A program made the position numbers and the translations under genes. Positions 35,368-45,627 of a stretch of 64,000 nt of DNA are shown here, in pieces. The DNA is from an uncultured Bacteroidales bacterium (GTDB lineage: Bacteria; Bacteroidota; Bacteroidia; Bacteroidales; UBA932), in assembly GCA_900319855.1 (NCBI GenBank), contig ONQC01000010.1:689-64688 (forward strand). The letters are read 5' to 3'. Below the pieces are notes generated by a model. The model was not told where the DNA came from and ran no database searches. It saw nothing but the letters and a program-made list of their open reading frames with translations. Every line of letters starts with the position of its first letter. The stretch's first letter is position 1.

Positions 35368-38300
35368 GATCCGGGAAAATATGATCCGCCGCTATGCCTG
35401 GATTGTGCTGCTGCTCGCCGCCATCGTGCTCGTGGGCGTGTCGCTCTATGCGCGGCGGGGGACCGACTACACGGAGACGGCCGCCCGGAAAATCTCTGAA
35501 GTGATTGCCCGGCGGATGGCTGTCCTGGACACCTACACGGCACGCGCCCTGGCGCAGCCGCATGACCAATGGATGGACCTGGAAGGGTTGCCGGAGGACA
35601 TGGTCGTCTACCGGTATGTCGCTGATTCCCTGCAGTCCTGGTGCCATCAGTTTACCGTCGACAACGACGATATCAGCGCGCGGATGGTGATCCAGCGGTT
35701 CCCGGACCTGCGGTACAACCTCGTGTCGCCGCTCTCGCAGGTCGATACGCTGGTCAGCCTGCAGAACATCGGTCCGAAATGGTACCTGACCTACAGCCGG
35801 ACCGGTGATGACGGCTGCCGGGTCATTGCCGGCCTCGAAGTTAAAAATACCATGGACGGGTCTTCGGTCAACGGGGTCAATCCCCGGCTGAAACTCTCCG
35901 ACCATTTCTCCCTGTATCCCATCAGCTGGAGCGGCGGGGCCGCCGTCTCCGTACAGGGCCGGCCCTTGCTCAAGGTCATCCAGGAAAATGCCCGGTCCAA
36001 CCCGCGCCTGCCGGACGCCACCTCCCTGTGGCTCTCCGTCCTGCTGCTCGTGGGAGCGGCGCTGCTCTTCCTGAACTACCACAAGAGCCTGCGGAACATG
36101 TTGCTGGTCGTGACCGGCCTGACGCTGCTGATGGGTGCCTTCTACTGGCTCGGCCGCAGCCTCGGGACGATTTCCGACCTCTTCTCTCCGACCATCTATG
36201 CCGACGGTCCGCTGCTGTATTCACTGGGCGCCGTGCTGATCATCAACCTGAATATCGTCCTGGTCATCTGCTGTATCTATACGGTGCGGTTCCAGCTGCT
36301 CCGCCGGATGTTCTCCCGGCCGTCCAGCCGCTCCTCCGCCGTCCTGGTGCTGGGACTGATGCTCATCGGCCTGCTGGTCTACATCCACCTTTCTTTCCGC
36401 AGTGTCCTGATCAATTCCAACATTACGCTGGAACTATACAAGATCGACACCCTGAGCGGCTATACCGCCGCGGTCTACGCCTCCTGGCTGTCGCTGCTGC
36501 TGATGATCCCGGTCCTGCTGCAGATGATGCGGCCGATGCTGCGCCACCGTTTCGGCATCCGTTACAATGTCTTCTCCCGGACTTTCCGGACCGTTTTCGC
36601 GATCTTCTGCGCCGTCTACATGGTCAGCGTGTCCTCCCTGCTGGGGTTCCGCCGGGAGCGCAGCCGGGTCGAAATCTGGGCCAACCGACTGGCCATCGAC
36701 CGGGACCTGGCCTTTGAAATCCAGCTTCGCAGCGTCGAAAACGCCATTGCCGATGATCCGCTGATCGCGACGCTGATCTCCGGCGGCCTGGACTACCGGA
36801 TCATCCTGAACCGCATCTCCGAAAACTATCTCGGCCGGGCCGCGCAGGACTATGACATCTCCCTGTACATGTTCCGGGGCTCGCAGCCGGATGCCTATGT
36901 CCTGTCCTACTACAACGAGATCCTCCGTTCCGGAGTCCACATCTCCGGCGATTCACGCTTCCTCTACTCCCAGACCGCCAACGGCCGGCCCCGCTATACG
37001 GGTGTCTTCTCCTATTATTCACCTTCGGATGGATTGACAACCCTGCTGCTAGGCATCCAGTCCAAGGCGGAGAAAGAGGGGAGGGGCTATGCCGCCCTGG
37101 TGGACAATTCCGCATCCGGTCCGGTAGTCCTGCCGCCCCGGTACTCCTACGCGAAGTACCTGAACGAGAAACTGGTATCCTACCGTGGAGACTACGCCTA
37201 CCCGACCACGCTGTCCGGCCGTCTGCTCGAGGCGGACCGCGAGGGAGAGGCTTTCCTCATCCTGGACCGCTATGTGCATTTCTTGTCCCCGGTCTCGGAA
37301 GATGAATTCATCGTCATCTCGCGGGTCAACGAAGACTTCACCATGTACATGGTCGCCGGTTTCGTGGTCGCCCTTCTGGCTTTCTTCGTGCTGAGCCTCC
37401 TTTCGCTGGGCAACCGGCGCAAGGGCGCCTTCGAGAAGAACTACTACAAGTCCCGGATGAACACGGTCCTGTTCCTGTCCCTGATCGCGACCCTGGTCGT
37501 CCTGGCCCTGATCAGCGTGCTGTTCGTATACCGGCGCAACGAGGCCAACATCATGAACCTCATGACCTCGAAGGTCGGTACCGTCCAGGCCCTCGTCCAG
37601 GCGGACGCCCGTTATTTCCAGTCCATCAACGACTTTGATACCCAGGAATCGGTCCGCCGCCTGAGCGATATCAGCGACTACACCAAATCCGACATTACCC
37701 TTTATACGACCGCCGGCCGTTTCCACCGGTCCACCAGCCCCGAAGTGTTCGAACGGATGCTGGTCGGCACCCGCACCAACGAAGACGCCTACCGCAGCAT
37801 CATCTACGAGAATCTCCGCTACTACATCCACAAAGAGCGGCTGGGCCGCCGGAGTTTTTATATGCTGTATGCGCCCGTGATCAATGATGACGGCCGCCTG
37901 CTGGCCATCCTGGGTGCTCCGTATACCGATACCGGGATGGAGTTCCGCGACGAGGCGGTCTTCCACGCCATCTTCGTCATCACGGCCTTCCTGATCCTGC
38001 TGATCCTGACCCGCTGGGTCACCACCCGCCAGGTCGACAAGATGTTCCGTCCGCTCATCGACATGGGCAAGAAGATGGTCTCCGCCCGTACCGGCGGCCT
38101 CGAATATATCATCTACGACCGCGAAGACGAAATCTCATCGCTGGTGCGTGCCTACAACCTGATGGTCCACGACCTGTCCGAAAGTAGCAAGCAGGCCGCC
38201 CAGTTCGAGCGTGACAAGGCCTGGAGCGAAATGGCCCGCCAGGTTGCCCACGAAATCAAGAACCCGCTGACGCCGATTAAATTGCAGATCCAGCGCATCA

Positions 38301-38914
38301 TCCGCCTGAAGAACCGCGGCGATGCCGACTGGGGCGAGAAATTCGAGCAGATGGCCCCGGTCATCCTTGACAGCATCGACGGCCTGACCGATACCGCCAA
38401 CGAATTCTCCACCTTCGCCAAGCTCTACAGCGAGGCCCCGGTCGAGATTGACCTGGACCGCCTGGCCGCCGATGAGATCGCCCTCTTCGACGACAAGGAG
38501 CACATCTCCTTCCAGTACATCGGCCTCCAGGGCGCGAAGGTCATGGGCCCGAAACCCCAGCTCACCCGCGTCTTCGTCAACCTGCTGACCAACGCCGTCC
38601 AGGCGATCGAGAATCAGCAGAAAGAAGACGCCGAAGCCGGCCGCGCGCCGAAGCCGGGGCGGATCAACCTCAGCCTGCGCAACTCCGTGCGCGAAGGCTT
38701 CTATGACATTGTGTTTGAGGATAATGGCCCCGGCGTCAACGATGACAACCGTGGCCGGCTCTTCACCCCGAACTTCACCACCAAGAGCAGCGGCACGGGC
38801 CTGGGCCTGGCCATCTGCAAGAACATCCTCGAGCGCTGCGGCGGCGATATCGCCTACAGCCGCTCCTTCACCCTCGGCGGCGCCTGCTTCACCGTCCGTT
38901 TCCCGAAACGGTAA
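35360..38914 (+). CDS. Large multi-TM sensor histidine kinase, NtrY-like (HAMP-HisKA-HATPase)
   Basis: DEISSLVRAYN.M (HAMP), WSEMARQVAHEIKNPLTPI (H box), NLLTNAVQA, DNGPG, FTPNFTTK, GTGLGL. Many TM segments. Start overlaps the rlmH stop. Confidence 0.92.
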   Translation: MNKIRENMIRRYAWIVLLLAAIVLVGVSLYARRGTDYTETAARKISEVIARRMAVLDTYTARALAQPHDQWMDLEGLPEDMVVYRYVADSLQSWCHQFTVDNDDISARMVIQRFPDLRYNLVSPLSQVDTLVSLQNIGPKWYLTYSRTGDDGCRVIAGLEVKNTMDGSSVNGVNPRLKLSDHFSLYPISWSGGAAVSVQGRPLLKVIQENARSNPRLPDATSLWLSVLLLVGAALLFLNYHKSLRNMLLVVTGLTLLMGAFYWLGRSLGTISDLFSPTIYADGPLLYSLGAVLIINLNIVLVICCIYTVRFQLLRRMFSRPSSRSSAVLVLGLMLIGLLVYIHLSFRSVLINSNITLELYKIDTLSGYTAAVYASWLSLLLMIPVLLQMMRPMLRHRFGIRYNVFSRTFRTVFAIFCAVYMVSVSSLLGFRRERSRVEIWANRLAIDRDLAFEIQLRSVENAIADDPLIATLISGGLDYRIILNRISENYLGRAAQDYDISLYMFRGSQPDAYVLSYYNEILRSGVHISGDSRFLYSQTANGRPRYTGVFSYYSPSDGLTTLLLGIQSKAEKEGRGYAALVDNSASGPVVLPPRYSYAKYLNEKLVSYRGDYAYPTTLSGRLLEADREGEAFLILDRYVHFLSPVSEDEFIVISRVNEDFTMYMVAGFVVALLAFFVLSLLSLGNRRKGAFEKNYYKSRMNTVLFLSLIATLVVLALISVLFVYRRNEANIMNLMTSKVGTVQALVQADARYFQSINDFDTQESVRRLSDISDYTKSDITLYTTAGRFHRSTSPEVFERMLVGTRTNEDAYRSIIYENLRYYIHKERLGRRSFYMLYAPVINDDGRLLAILGAPYTDTGMEFRDEAVFHAIFVITAFLILLILTRWVTTRQVDKMFRPLIDMGKKMVSARTGGLEYIIYDREDEISSLVRAYNLMVHDLSESSKQAAQFERDKAWSEMARQVAHEIKNPLTPIKLQIQRIIRLKNRGDADWGEKFEQMAPVILDSIDGLTDTANEFSTFAKLYSEAPVEIDLDRLAADEIALFDDKEHISFQYIGLQGAKVMGPKPQLTRVFVNLLTNAVQAIENQQKEDAEAGRAPKPGRINLSLRNSVREGFYDIVFEDNGPGVNDDNRGRLFTPNFTTKSSGTGLGLAICKNILERCGGDIAYSRSFTLGGACFTVRFPKR

Positions 38915-38920
38915 GAAAGG

Positions 38921-40228
38921 CTATTTCTGCCGCATGTAGACCTGGACGGGGCAGCCGTGCAGGTCGAAATGCTCGCGCAGGCGATTCTCCAGGAAGCGCT
39001 TGTACGGGTCCTTGACGTACTGCGGGAGGTTGCAGAAGAAGGCGAAGGACGGAGAGGCGGTCGGGAGCTGGGTGATGAACTTGATCTTCACATACTTGCC
39101 CTTCCATGCCGGCGGGGGATAATTCTCGATCTCCGGGAGCATGGTCTCGTTGAGAACGGAGGTCGGGATCTTCCGGCTGTAGTTGTCATAGACATGGGCC
39201 ACCTCGTTGAGTACGTCCATGATCCGCTGCTTCTTCAGGACCGACGTGAAGATGATCGGAACGTCGGTGAACGGGGCGATGCGGGCCTTCAGGCCCTCGG
39301 TGTATTCCTTCATCGTGTGGGTGTCCTTCTCAATGGCGTCCCACTTGTTGACCACCAGCACGCAGGCCTTCTTGTTCTTCTGGATCAGGTTGAAGATGGC
39401 CATGTCCTGGGCTTCCATGCCGTTCTGGGCATCGATCATCAGGATGCATACGTCGCTGTGCTCGATGGCCCGGATGGCGCGCATGACCGAATAGAATTCC
39501 AAGTCTTCGCTGACCCGGTTCTTGCGGCGCATGCCGGCCGTGTCGACCAGCATGAACTCATGCCCGAACTTGTTGTAATGGGTAGCAATGGAGTCGCGGG
39601 TGGTGCCGGCGACGGGGGTCACGATGTTGCGCTCCTCGCCGAGCAGGGCGTTGGTCAGGGAGGACTTGCCCACGTTCGGCTTGCCCACGATGGCGATGTG
39701 CGGCAGGTTGGCATACGGATCTTCGACCACCTCCTCCTTCGGAAGCAGCTTGACGATTTCGTCCAGCAGGTCGCCGGTGCCGCTGCCGTTGGCCGCGGAG
39801 ATGCTCCAGACCTCGCCGAGGCCCAGGCTGTAGAACTGGTAGGCATCGTACATCTTCTCCCCGGAGTCTACCTTGTTGACGCACAGCACGACAGGCTTCT
39901 TGCTGCGGCGCAGCAGGTCGGCGATCTCGGCGTCATAATCGGTGACCCCGGTGGCGGCTTCCACCATGAAGAGGACCACGTCGGCCTCGTCGATGGCGAT
40001 GACCACCTGCTTGCGGATCTCCTCCTCGAAGGCGTCGTCCGAGCCGGTGGACCAGCCGCCGGTGTCGACGACCGAGAATTCGGTGCCGCACCACTCGCAT
40101 TTGCCGTAATGGCGGTCGCGGGTCACGCCCGCGGTCTCATCGACAATGGCCTGGCGCATGCCGACCAGCCGGTTGAAGAGGGTGGACTTGCCCACGTTCG
40201 GGCGTCCTACGATGGCTACAAGACTCAT
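38921..40228 (-). CDS. der: Ribosome biogenesis GTPase Der (EngA)
   Basis: Two G domains ([16 protein letters not shown] and [16 protein letters not shown]) plus KH-like C-terminus. Confidence 0.96.
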   Translation of the reverse strand: MSLVAIVGRPNVGKSTLFNRLVGMRQAIVDETAGVTRDRHYGKCEWCGTEFSVVDTGGWSTGSDDAFEEEIRKQVVIAIDEADVVLFMVEAATGVTDYDAEIADLLRRSKKPVVLCVNKVDSGEKMYDAYQFYSLGLGEVWSISAANGSGTGDLLDEIVKLLPKEEVVEDPYANLPHIAIVGKPNVGKSSLTNALLGEERNIVTPVAGTTRDSIATHYNKFGHEFMLVDTAGMRRKNRVSEDLEFYSVMRAIRAIEHSDVCILMIDAQNGMEAQDMAIFNLIQKNKKACVLVVNKWDAIEKDTHTMKEYTEGLKARIAPFTDVPIIFTSVLKKQRIMDVLNEVAHVYDNYSRKIPTSVLNETMLPEIENYPPPAWKGKYVKIKFITQLPTASPSFAFFCNLPQYVKDPYKRFLENRLREHFDLHGCPVQVYMRQK

Positions 40229-40494
40229 TTTTCTTTCTTTTCGAACGGATACAGCCCGCATCCGGCACAAGACTCGCTGTAGGTGCCGGAGCAGGTTGCG
40301 TCCGCAGGTTTCTTGCCGGTGCTGAACAGGTCGGCATCGACGTCCTTCATGCAGCGGATGCCCATGCGGCGCATGTTCTCGTTGGAACCGACGTCGCTGT
40401 TGGGGAACTCCTTCTTCCGGAAGATGACGTTGAAGCTCATCGCGAAAACGCCGGCTCCGATCAGGATGAGGGCTGCAAGGAAGGCTTTCAGCAT
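40225..40494 (-). CDS. Small membrane protein with Cys-rich C-terminus
   Basis: N-terminal TM helix; K.FPN.DVG.N..MR..GI.C pattern seen in a conserved Bacteroidales small protein; ATGA overlap with der. Confidence 0.7.
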   Translation of the reverse strand: MLKAFLAALILIGAGVFAMSFNVIFRKKEFPNSDVGSNENMRRMGIRCMKDVDADLFSTGKKPADATCSGTYSESCAGCGLYPFEKKEK

Positions 40495-40498
40495 AAGG

Positions 40499-41476
40499 CT
40501 AATGGATAAATTCGGAACTGATCTCCTCGAAGTTGTAGACCCGTTTGATGATGCGGGCGAAGGTGCCGGTCATGGAGACGACCTTGATCTTGCTCTTGTC
40601 CTTGGCGGGATCGGAGGAGAGGGGAATGGTGTCGGTGACGATGACTTCCTTGATGGCGGAGGCGGCGATGTTCTCGTAGGCCTTGCCGGAGAGAACCGCA
40701 TGGGTCGCGCAGGCACGCACGCTGGCGGCGCCTTTCTCCATCAGGACGTCGGCGGCCTTGGTTAGGGTGCCGGCGGTGTCGATCATGTCGTCGACGATGA
40801 TGATGTTCTTGCCCTCGACCTCACCGATGGCGGTGATGTTCGCCACGACGTTGGCCCGCTCACGGGACTTGTGGCAGATGATGACCGGGCAGGCGAGTTC
40901 CTTGGCATAGGCGTTGGCGCGCTTGGCACCGCCCATGTCCGGGGCCGCGATGGCCAGGTTGTCGAGGTTCAAGGACTTGATATAAGGGATGAAGACCTTG
41001 CTGGCATAGATATGGTCGACCGGGAAGTCGAAGAATCCCTGGATCTGGTCGGCGTGCAGGTCGCAGGTCATGACGCGGTCTGCGCCGGCGGCACGCAGCA
41101 GGTTGGCGACGAGCTTGGCGCCGATGGACACGCGCGGCTTGTCCTTGCGGTCCTGGCGGGCCCAGCCGAAGTAGGGCATGACGGCCACGACCGTGTCGGC
41201 GGAGGCGCGCTTGGCGGCGTCGATGGTCAGCAGGAGTTCCATCAGGTTCTCGGTGGGCGGGAACGTGGACTGGATGATGAAGACGGTGGCTCCGCGGACG
41301 GTTTCCGTGAAAGCCGGCTGGAATTCACCGTCGCTGAACATGGTGACTTCAGAGGCGCCCAGGTGCATCTGACCCTCTTCCGGGGTGCGGATGTTGTTGA
41401 GCTCTTCTACAACCTTGACTGCAAAGTCCCTGGAGGCCCTGCATGCAAACAATTCCATTCTGTGATCGTTGCGCAT
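40499..41476 (-). CDS. prs: Ribose-phosphate pyrophosphokinase
   Basis: FSDGE, MPYFGWARQDRK, DLHADQI, APDMGGAKRA, VDDMIDTAGT, ATHAVLSG. Start at MRNDH (41476) or MELF (41458). Confidence 0.95.
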   Translation of the reverse strand: MRNDHRMELFACRASRDFAVKVVEELNNIRTPEEGQMHLGASEVTMFSDGEFQPAFTETVRGATVFIIQSTFPPTENLMELLLTIDAAKRASADTVVAVMPYFGWARQDRKDKPRVSIGAKLVANLLRAAGADRVMTCDLHADQIQGFFDFPVDHIYASKVFIPYIKSLNLDNLAIAAPDMGGAKRANAYAKELACPVIICHKSRERANVVANITAIGEVEGKNIIIVDDMIDTAGTLTKAADVLMEKGAASVRACATHAVLSGKAYENIAASAIKEVIVTDTIPLSSDPAKDKSKIKVVSMTGTFARIIKRVYNFEEISSEFIH

Positions 41477-41484
41477 ATCTATGT

Positions 41485-42093
41485 TTAAGGGTTTTTGGTC
41501 TCTTGCTTGAGGATATTGTCGATGAAATCGAGGATTTCGTCTTTGCCCAGTCCGGTCTCGGCGCTGCTGGCCAGGCACTCTGGCAGTCCGGCCCAGCCCT
41601 GGAGGAGGGTGTTCTTGTAGGCGTCAATCTGCTTCTGGCGGGCGACGGGGCCGAGTTTGTCTCCCTTGGTAAAGATGATGGCGAAGGGAATCTCATTGTC
41701 CACCAGCTCGTTCATGAAGTCGAGGTCGACTTTCTGGACATCGTGCCTCACGTCGACCAGCACGAAGAGCAGGCGGAGTTCTTCGGAAAAATTCAGGTAA
41801 TTGCGGATGACGTCCTGCAGCTCCTGGCGCTCCTTGAGGGGCATCTTGGCATAGCCGTAACCGGGCAGGTCGACCAGGTACCACTGCCCGTTGATGCGGA
41901 AGTGGTTGACGAGTTTGGTCTTGCCGGGGGTGGCGGAGGTCTTGGCGAGCTTGCGGTTGCCCGTCAGCATGTTGATCAGCGAGGATTTGCCGACATTGGA
42001 CCGCCCGATGAAGGCGAATTCCGGCAGACGCTCGGCCGGCTTCTGGTGGACCCGGGTGCTGCTTCCCGCAAACTTGGCTTCGGAAATCTTCAT
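41485..42093 (-). CDS. engB: Ribosome biogenesis GTP-binding protein YihA/YsxC
   Basis: PEFAFIGRSNVGKSSLIN, PGKT, VDLPGYGYA, TKGDK. Confidence 0.94.
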   Translation of the reverse strand: MKISEAKFAGSSTRVHQKPAERLPEFAFIGRSNVGKSSLINMLTGNRKLAKTSATPGKTKLVNHFRINGQWYLVDLPGYGYAKMPLKERQELQDVIRNYLNFSEELRLLFVLVDVRHDVQKVDLDFMNELVDNEIPFAIIFTKGDKLGPVARQKQIDAYKNTLLQGWAGLPECLASSAETGLGKDEILDFIDNILKQETKNP

Positions 42094-42144
42094 ACTGTCT
42101 GCATTTGCGTCCGGAGCGGAAAACCCACTACCGGGACGGCGAGG

Positions 42145-42152
42145 CAAAGATA
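42145..42152 (-). promoter_or_regulatory. Bacteroidetes -7 box (TATCTTTG) for engB-prs-der
   Basis: Exact TAnnTTTG in the divergent intergenic region. Confidence 0.6.
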
Positions 42153-42209
42153 ACAATTTTATTTGAGTTTTCCCGTTTGCAGGAAGATACAAAGATGAAT
42201 AATAATTGT

Positions 42210-42217
42210 TATCTTCG
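42210..42217 (+). promoter_or_regulatory. Bacteroidetes -7 box (TATCTTCG), 6 nt before the xseA ATG
   Basis: One mismatch to TAnnTTTG. Confidence 0.5.
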
Positions 42218-42223
42218 CGGTGT

Positions 42224-43429
42224 ATGAAAGATTATGGTGAGCCGATCGATCTGCTGGCGCTGCAGAAGGGGCTGGGAAGGGCCATTGAAGGGGCCTTTCC
42301 GGACCGGGTCTGGGTGCGGGCGGAGATCGCCGGACTCAAGGTCAATGCGGCCGGCCACTGCTACCTGGAACTCTCCCAGAGCGAGGAAGGCCGGGTCGTG
42401 GCGCAGGTCCGGGCGGTGATCTGGCGCTCCCGTTATCCCGTTGTCAGCCAATATTTCGCAGCCACTGCCGGTGCCCCGCTTTCCGCGGGTATTCAGGTGC
42501 TGGCGCGGGTGCAGGTCTCCTATCATGAAGTCTACGGCATCTCCCTGGTCATCGACGAGGTCGACCCCTCCTTTACCCTGGGAGAGGCGGAGCGCCGCCG
42601 CAAGGAGACGCTGGCGCGGTTGGAAAAGGAAGACCTCCTCGACCGGCAGAAACGGCTGCATCTGCCCGACCTCCCGCAGCGCCTGGCGGTGATTTCCGCC
42701 GAGGGGGCGGCCGGGTACGGGGATTTCCGCCGGCACCTGCTGGAAAACCCTTACGGCTATGCGTATGCCGTGGACCTGATTCCGGCCACGATGCAGGGCG
42801 TCGCGGCCCCGGCCTCCATCCTGGCGGCGCTGGCGCGGGCCGGACGCGGCTATGACGCCGTGCTGATCCTGCGCGGAGGCGGGTCCGAACTGGACCTGGC
42901 CTGTTTCGACGACTACGACCTGGCGGCCGGCATCGCCCGGTGCCCGGTCCCGGTGCTGACGGCCATCGGCCACGACCGGGACAGCCATGTGGCCGACCGG
43001 GTGGCCCATACCGCCGTCAAGACCCCGACGGCCCTGGCCGACCTTTTCCTGGACTGCACGGCCGCGGAAGACCAGCGCATCACTGCCTGGGAATCCCGGC
43101 TCCAGACCGCTTTCCGCAACCGTTTTGCCCAACTGGACCTGCGGCTCCAGGCCCTGCAGCACCTGGTCCGGACCGCGGCCCTGGGCCGTCTGCAGACATC
43201 CGGTGCGAAGGTCGACCTGCTGGAAGCCAAGATTGCCGCGACCGACCCGCGGGGCGTCCTGCAGCGGGGGTTCTCCCTCGTGTTGGACGATAAGGGGGTG
43301 CGCCTTCGCGAGGTGCATGGCCGCAAAAAGGGTGACCGCATCCGCGTCCTGCTGCCCGACGGTCGGCTGGACTGCGTGGTGGAGGGCGTGACCGGCACTC
43401 CGGACAATGACAAGACTTTGAAAGCCTGA
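42224..43429 (+). CDS. xseA: Exodeoxyribonuclease VII large subunit
   Basis: WVRAEI, GHCYLEL (OB fold), AAGYGDF, MQG..A, RGGGS..DL..FD, GIARCPVPV.TAIGHDRD, KTPTA.A, LQRGFS. Confidence 0.94.
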   Translation: MKDYGEPIDLLALQKGLGRAIEGAFPDRVWVRAEIAGLKVNAAGHCYLELSQSEEGRVVAQVRAVIWRSRYPVVSQYFAATAGAPLSAGIQVLARVQVSYHEVYGISLVIDEVDPSFTLGEAERRRKETLARLEKEDLLDRQKRLHLPDLPQRLAVISAEGAAGYGDFRRHLLENPYGYAYAVDLIPATMQGVAAPASILAALARAGRGYDAVLILRGGGSELDLACFDDYDLAAGIARCPVPVLTAIGHDRDSHVADRVAHTAVKTPTALADLFLDCTAAEDQRITAWESRLQTAFRNRFAQLDLRLQALQHLVRTAALGRLQTSGAKVDLLEAKIAATDPRGVLQRGFSLVLDDKGVRLREVHGRKKGDRIRVLLPDGRLDCVVEGVTGTPDNDKTLKA

Positions 43430-43432
43430 GAT

Positions 43433-43624
43433 ATGGAAGAGAAATTCGATTATACGGCCGCCATGGCCGAGTTGGAGGCGATCGCCCGCAAGGTGGAGGA
43501 TCCCCAGACGAGCCTGGACGATATCGGCGGGCTCGTCGGCCGCTCGAAAGAGCTGGTCAAGGGGTGCCGCACCTATCTGCGGACCGTCCGCGAAACCATT
43601 GAAAACGAGGAGGAAGAGGCATGA
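43433..43624 (+). CDS. xseB: Exodeoxyribonuclease VII small subunit
   Basis: Y..AMAELEAI..K.E....LD.......RS.ELV..C...L; follows xseA. Confidence 0.88.
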   Translation: MEEKFDYTAAMAELEAIARKVEDPQTSLDDIGGLVGRSKELVKGCRTYLRTVRETIENEEEEA

Positions 43625-45621
43625 AACCGAAAATGATCTACGAGACCGATCCGTACCTGCTGCCTTACAAGGAGGCCATCGACGCCCGCCATGCGCGCAT
43701 CCTGGCGGCCCGCGACAGGATCGCCGGGGAGGGCCGGCTGGCCGACGCGGTCAACAACCACCTGTATTACGGCCTGCACCATGAGGGCCGGGAATGGGTC
43801 CTCCGCGAGTGGGCCCCGAACGCCAACCGGATCTACCTGATCGGGGAGTTCAACAACTGGAAACGCATCGCGACGTATGAGATGAAGCCCGTCGGCGGGG
43901 GCTCGTGGGAGCTCCGCCTACCGGAGATGTTCCTGCGTCACGGGGAGCTCTATAAGCTCTTCATCGAATGGCCCGGCGGGGGCGGGGAGCGCCTGCCCGC
44001 GTATTGCACCCGGGCGGTCCAGGACCCGGATACGAAGGTATTCTGCGCCCAGGTCTGGGATCCGGTGCCGTATCAGTGGAAACAGAAACGTCCGAAGGCC
44101 GTGAAGCATCCGCTGATCTACGAGTGCCACATCGGCATGAGCTCCGAAGAAGAGAAGGTTGCGACCTTCACGGAGTTCAAGGACACGGTCCTGCCGCATA
44201 TCAAAGAGCTGGGATATGACACGATCCAGATCATGGCCCTGCAGGAGCATCCGTATTACGGTTCCTTCGGCTATCAGGTCTCGAATTTCTATGCCCTGAG
44301 CTCCCGTTTCGGGACCCCGGAGGAATTCAAGGCCCTGGTCGACGCGGCCCACGGGATGGGCATCGCGGTGGTCATGGACATCGTCCACAGCCACAGCGTC
44401 AGCAACGAGGCGGAGGGCCTGAGCCTGTTCGACGGACGGGAGGATATCTATTTCTACCGGGGCTGGCAGGGCCATCATCCGGCCTGGGACTCCCGCTGCT
44501 TCGACTACGGCAAGGACGAGACGCGGTATTTCCTGCTGAGCAACTGCAAGTTCTGGATGGAAGAATACCACCTGGACGGCTTCCGGTTCGACGGCGTGAC
44601 GAGCATGCTGTACTGGGACCACGGGCTGGGCAAGGACTTCGTGGGCTATGACAATTACTTCAACAAGGGGGTCGACGAGACGGCCGTGGAATACCTGGCG
44701 CTGGCCTGCATCCTGACGCGGGAGATCTTCCCGGGCGCGATCCTGATTGCGGAAGACGTCAGCGGCATGGCCGGCCTGGCGGCGCCGCTGGAGTGCGGCG
44801 GCGTGGGCTTCGGTTTCCGGATGGCGATGGGCATCGCGGACCATTGGATCAAGTGGATCAAGGAGCGGACCGACGAGCAGTGGAGCCCGGGCGAGATCTG
44901 GTACGAGCTGACCAACAAGCGCGCGGACGAGAAGACCATCAGCTACGCCGAGTGCCACGACCAGGCGCTGGTGGGGGACAAGACGCTGATCTTCCGGCTG
45001 ATGGACAAGGAGATGTACTTCTCCATGAACACTTCTTCCCAGTCGCCGGTCGTGGACCGCGGCATCGCACTGCACAAGATGATCCGCTTGGTGACCCTCG
45101 CCACGGCGGGGGACGGCTACCTGACCTTCATGGGCAACGAATTCGGCCATCCCGAGTGGATCGACTTCCCGCGCGAGGGCAACGGCTGGTCCTACAAGCA
45201 TGCCCGCCGGCAGTGGTCGCTGAGCAAGCCGGATTACCTCCGGTACAGCTACCTGATGCGTTTCGACGAGGCGATGGTATCACTGGTGAAACAAGGGAAC
45301 GTTTTAGATGAGCGGCCGGTCCTCCTTGTGGCCGATGAAGAGAAGAAAATATTGATATTCATACGTAAAAGTTATATCTTTGCATTCAATTTCCATCCGT
45401 CCGCTTCCTTCGCCGATTACGGGGTCGCGGCGCCGGCTGGGGAATATGAGATGGTCCTCGATTCGGACGAGCGCAAGTTCAATGGCTTTGCGCGCGTAAA
45501 ACCGGATGAGCACCATCTCACGGTGCATGCTAAGTCGCCGAACGGCAACCAGGACTATGAAGATACTTTGTTCCTCTATCTCCCGAGCCGCTCTGCGTTG
45601 GTATTGAAGAAGATAAATTAA
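43621..45621 (+). CDS. glgB: 1,4-alpha-glucan branching enzyme (GH13)
   Basis: REWAPNA, IYECHIGMS, YGSFGYQV.NF, DIVHSH, FRFDGVTSM, AEDVSG, YAECHDQ, FMGNEFGHPEW.DFPR. Confidence 0.94.
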   Translation: MKPKMIYETDPYLLPYKEAIDARHARILAARDRIAGEGRLADAVNNHLYYGLHHEGREWVLREWAPNANRIYLIGEFNNWKRIATYEMKPVGGGSWELRLPEMFLRHGELYKLFIEWPGGGGERLPAYCTRAVQDPDTKVFCAQVWDPVPYQWKQKRPKAVKHPLIYECHIGMSSEEEKVATFTEFKDTVLPHIKELGYDTIQIMALQEHPYYGSFGYQVSNFYALSSRFGTPEEFKALVDAAHGMGIAVVMDIVHSHSVSNEAEGLSLFDGREDIYFYRGWQGHHPAWDSRCFDYGKDETRYFLLSNCKFWMEEYHLDGFRFDGVTSMLYWDHGLGKDFVGYDNYFNKGVDETAVEYLALACILTREIFPGAILIAEDVSGMAGLAAPLECGGVGFGFRMAMGIADHWIKWIKERTDEQWSPGEIWYELTNKRADEKTISYAECHDQALVGDKTLIFRLMDKEMYFSMNTSSQSPVVDRGIALHKMIRLVTLATAGDGYLTFMGNEFGHPEWIDFPREGNGWSYKHARRQWSLSKPDYLRYSYLMRFDEAMVSLVKQGNVLDERPVLLVADEEKKILIFIRKSYIFAFNFHPSASFADYGVAAPAGEYEMVLDSDERKFNGFARVKPDEHHLTVHAKSPNGNQDYEDTLFLYLPSRSALVLKKIN

Positions 45622-45627
45622 GCAGAT

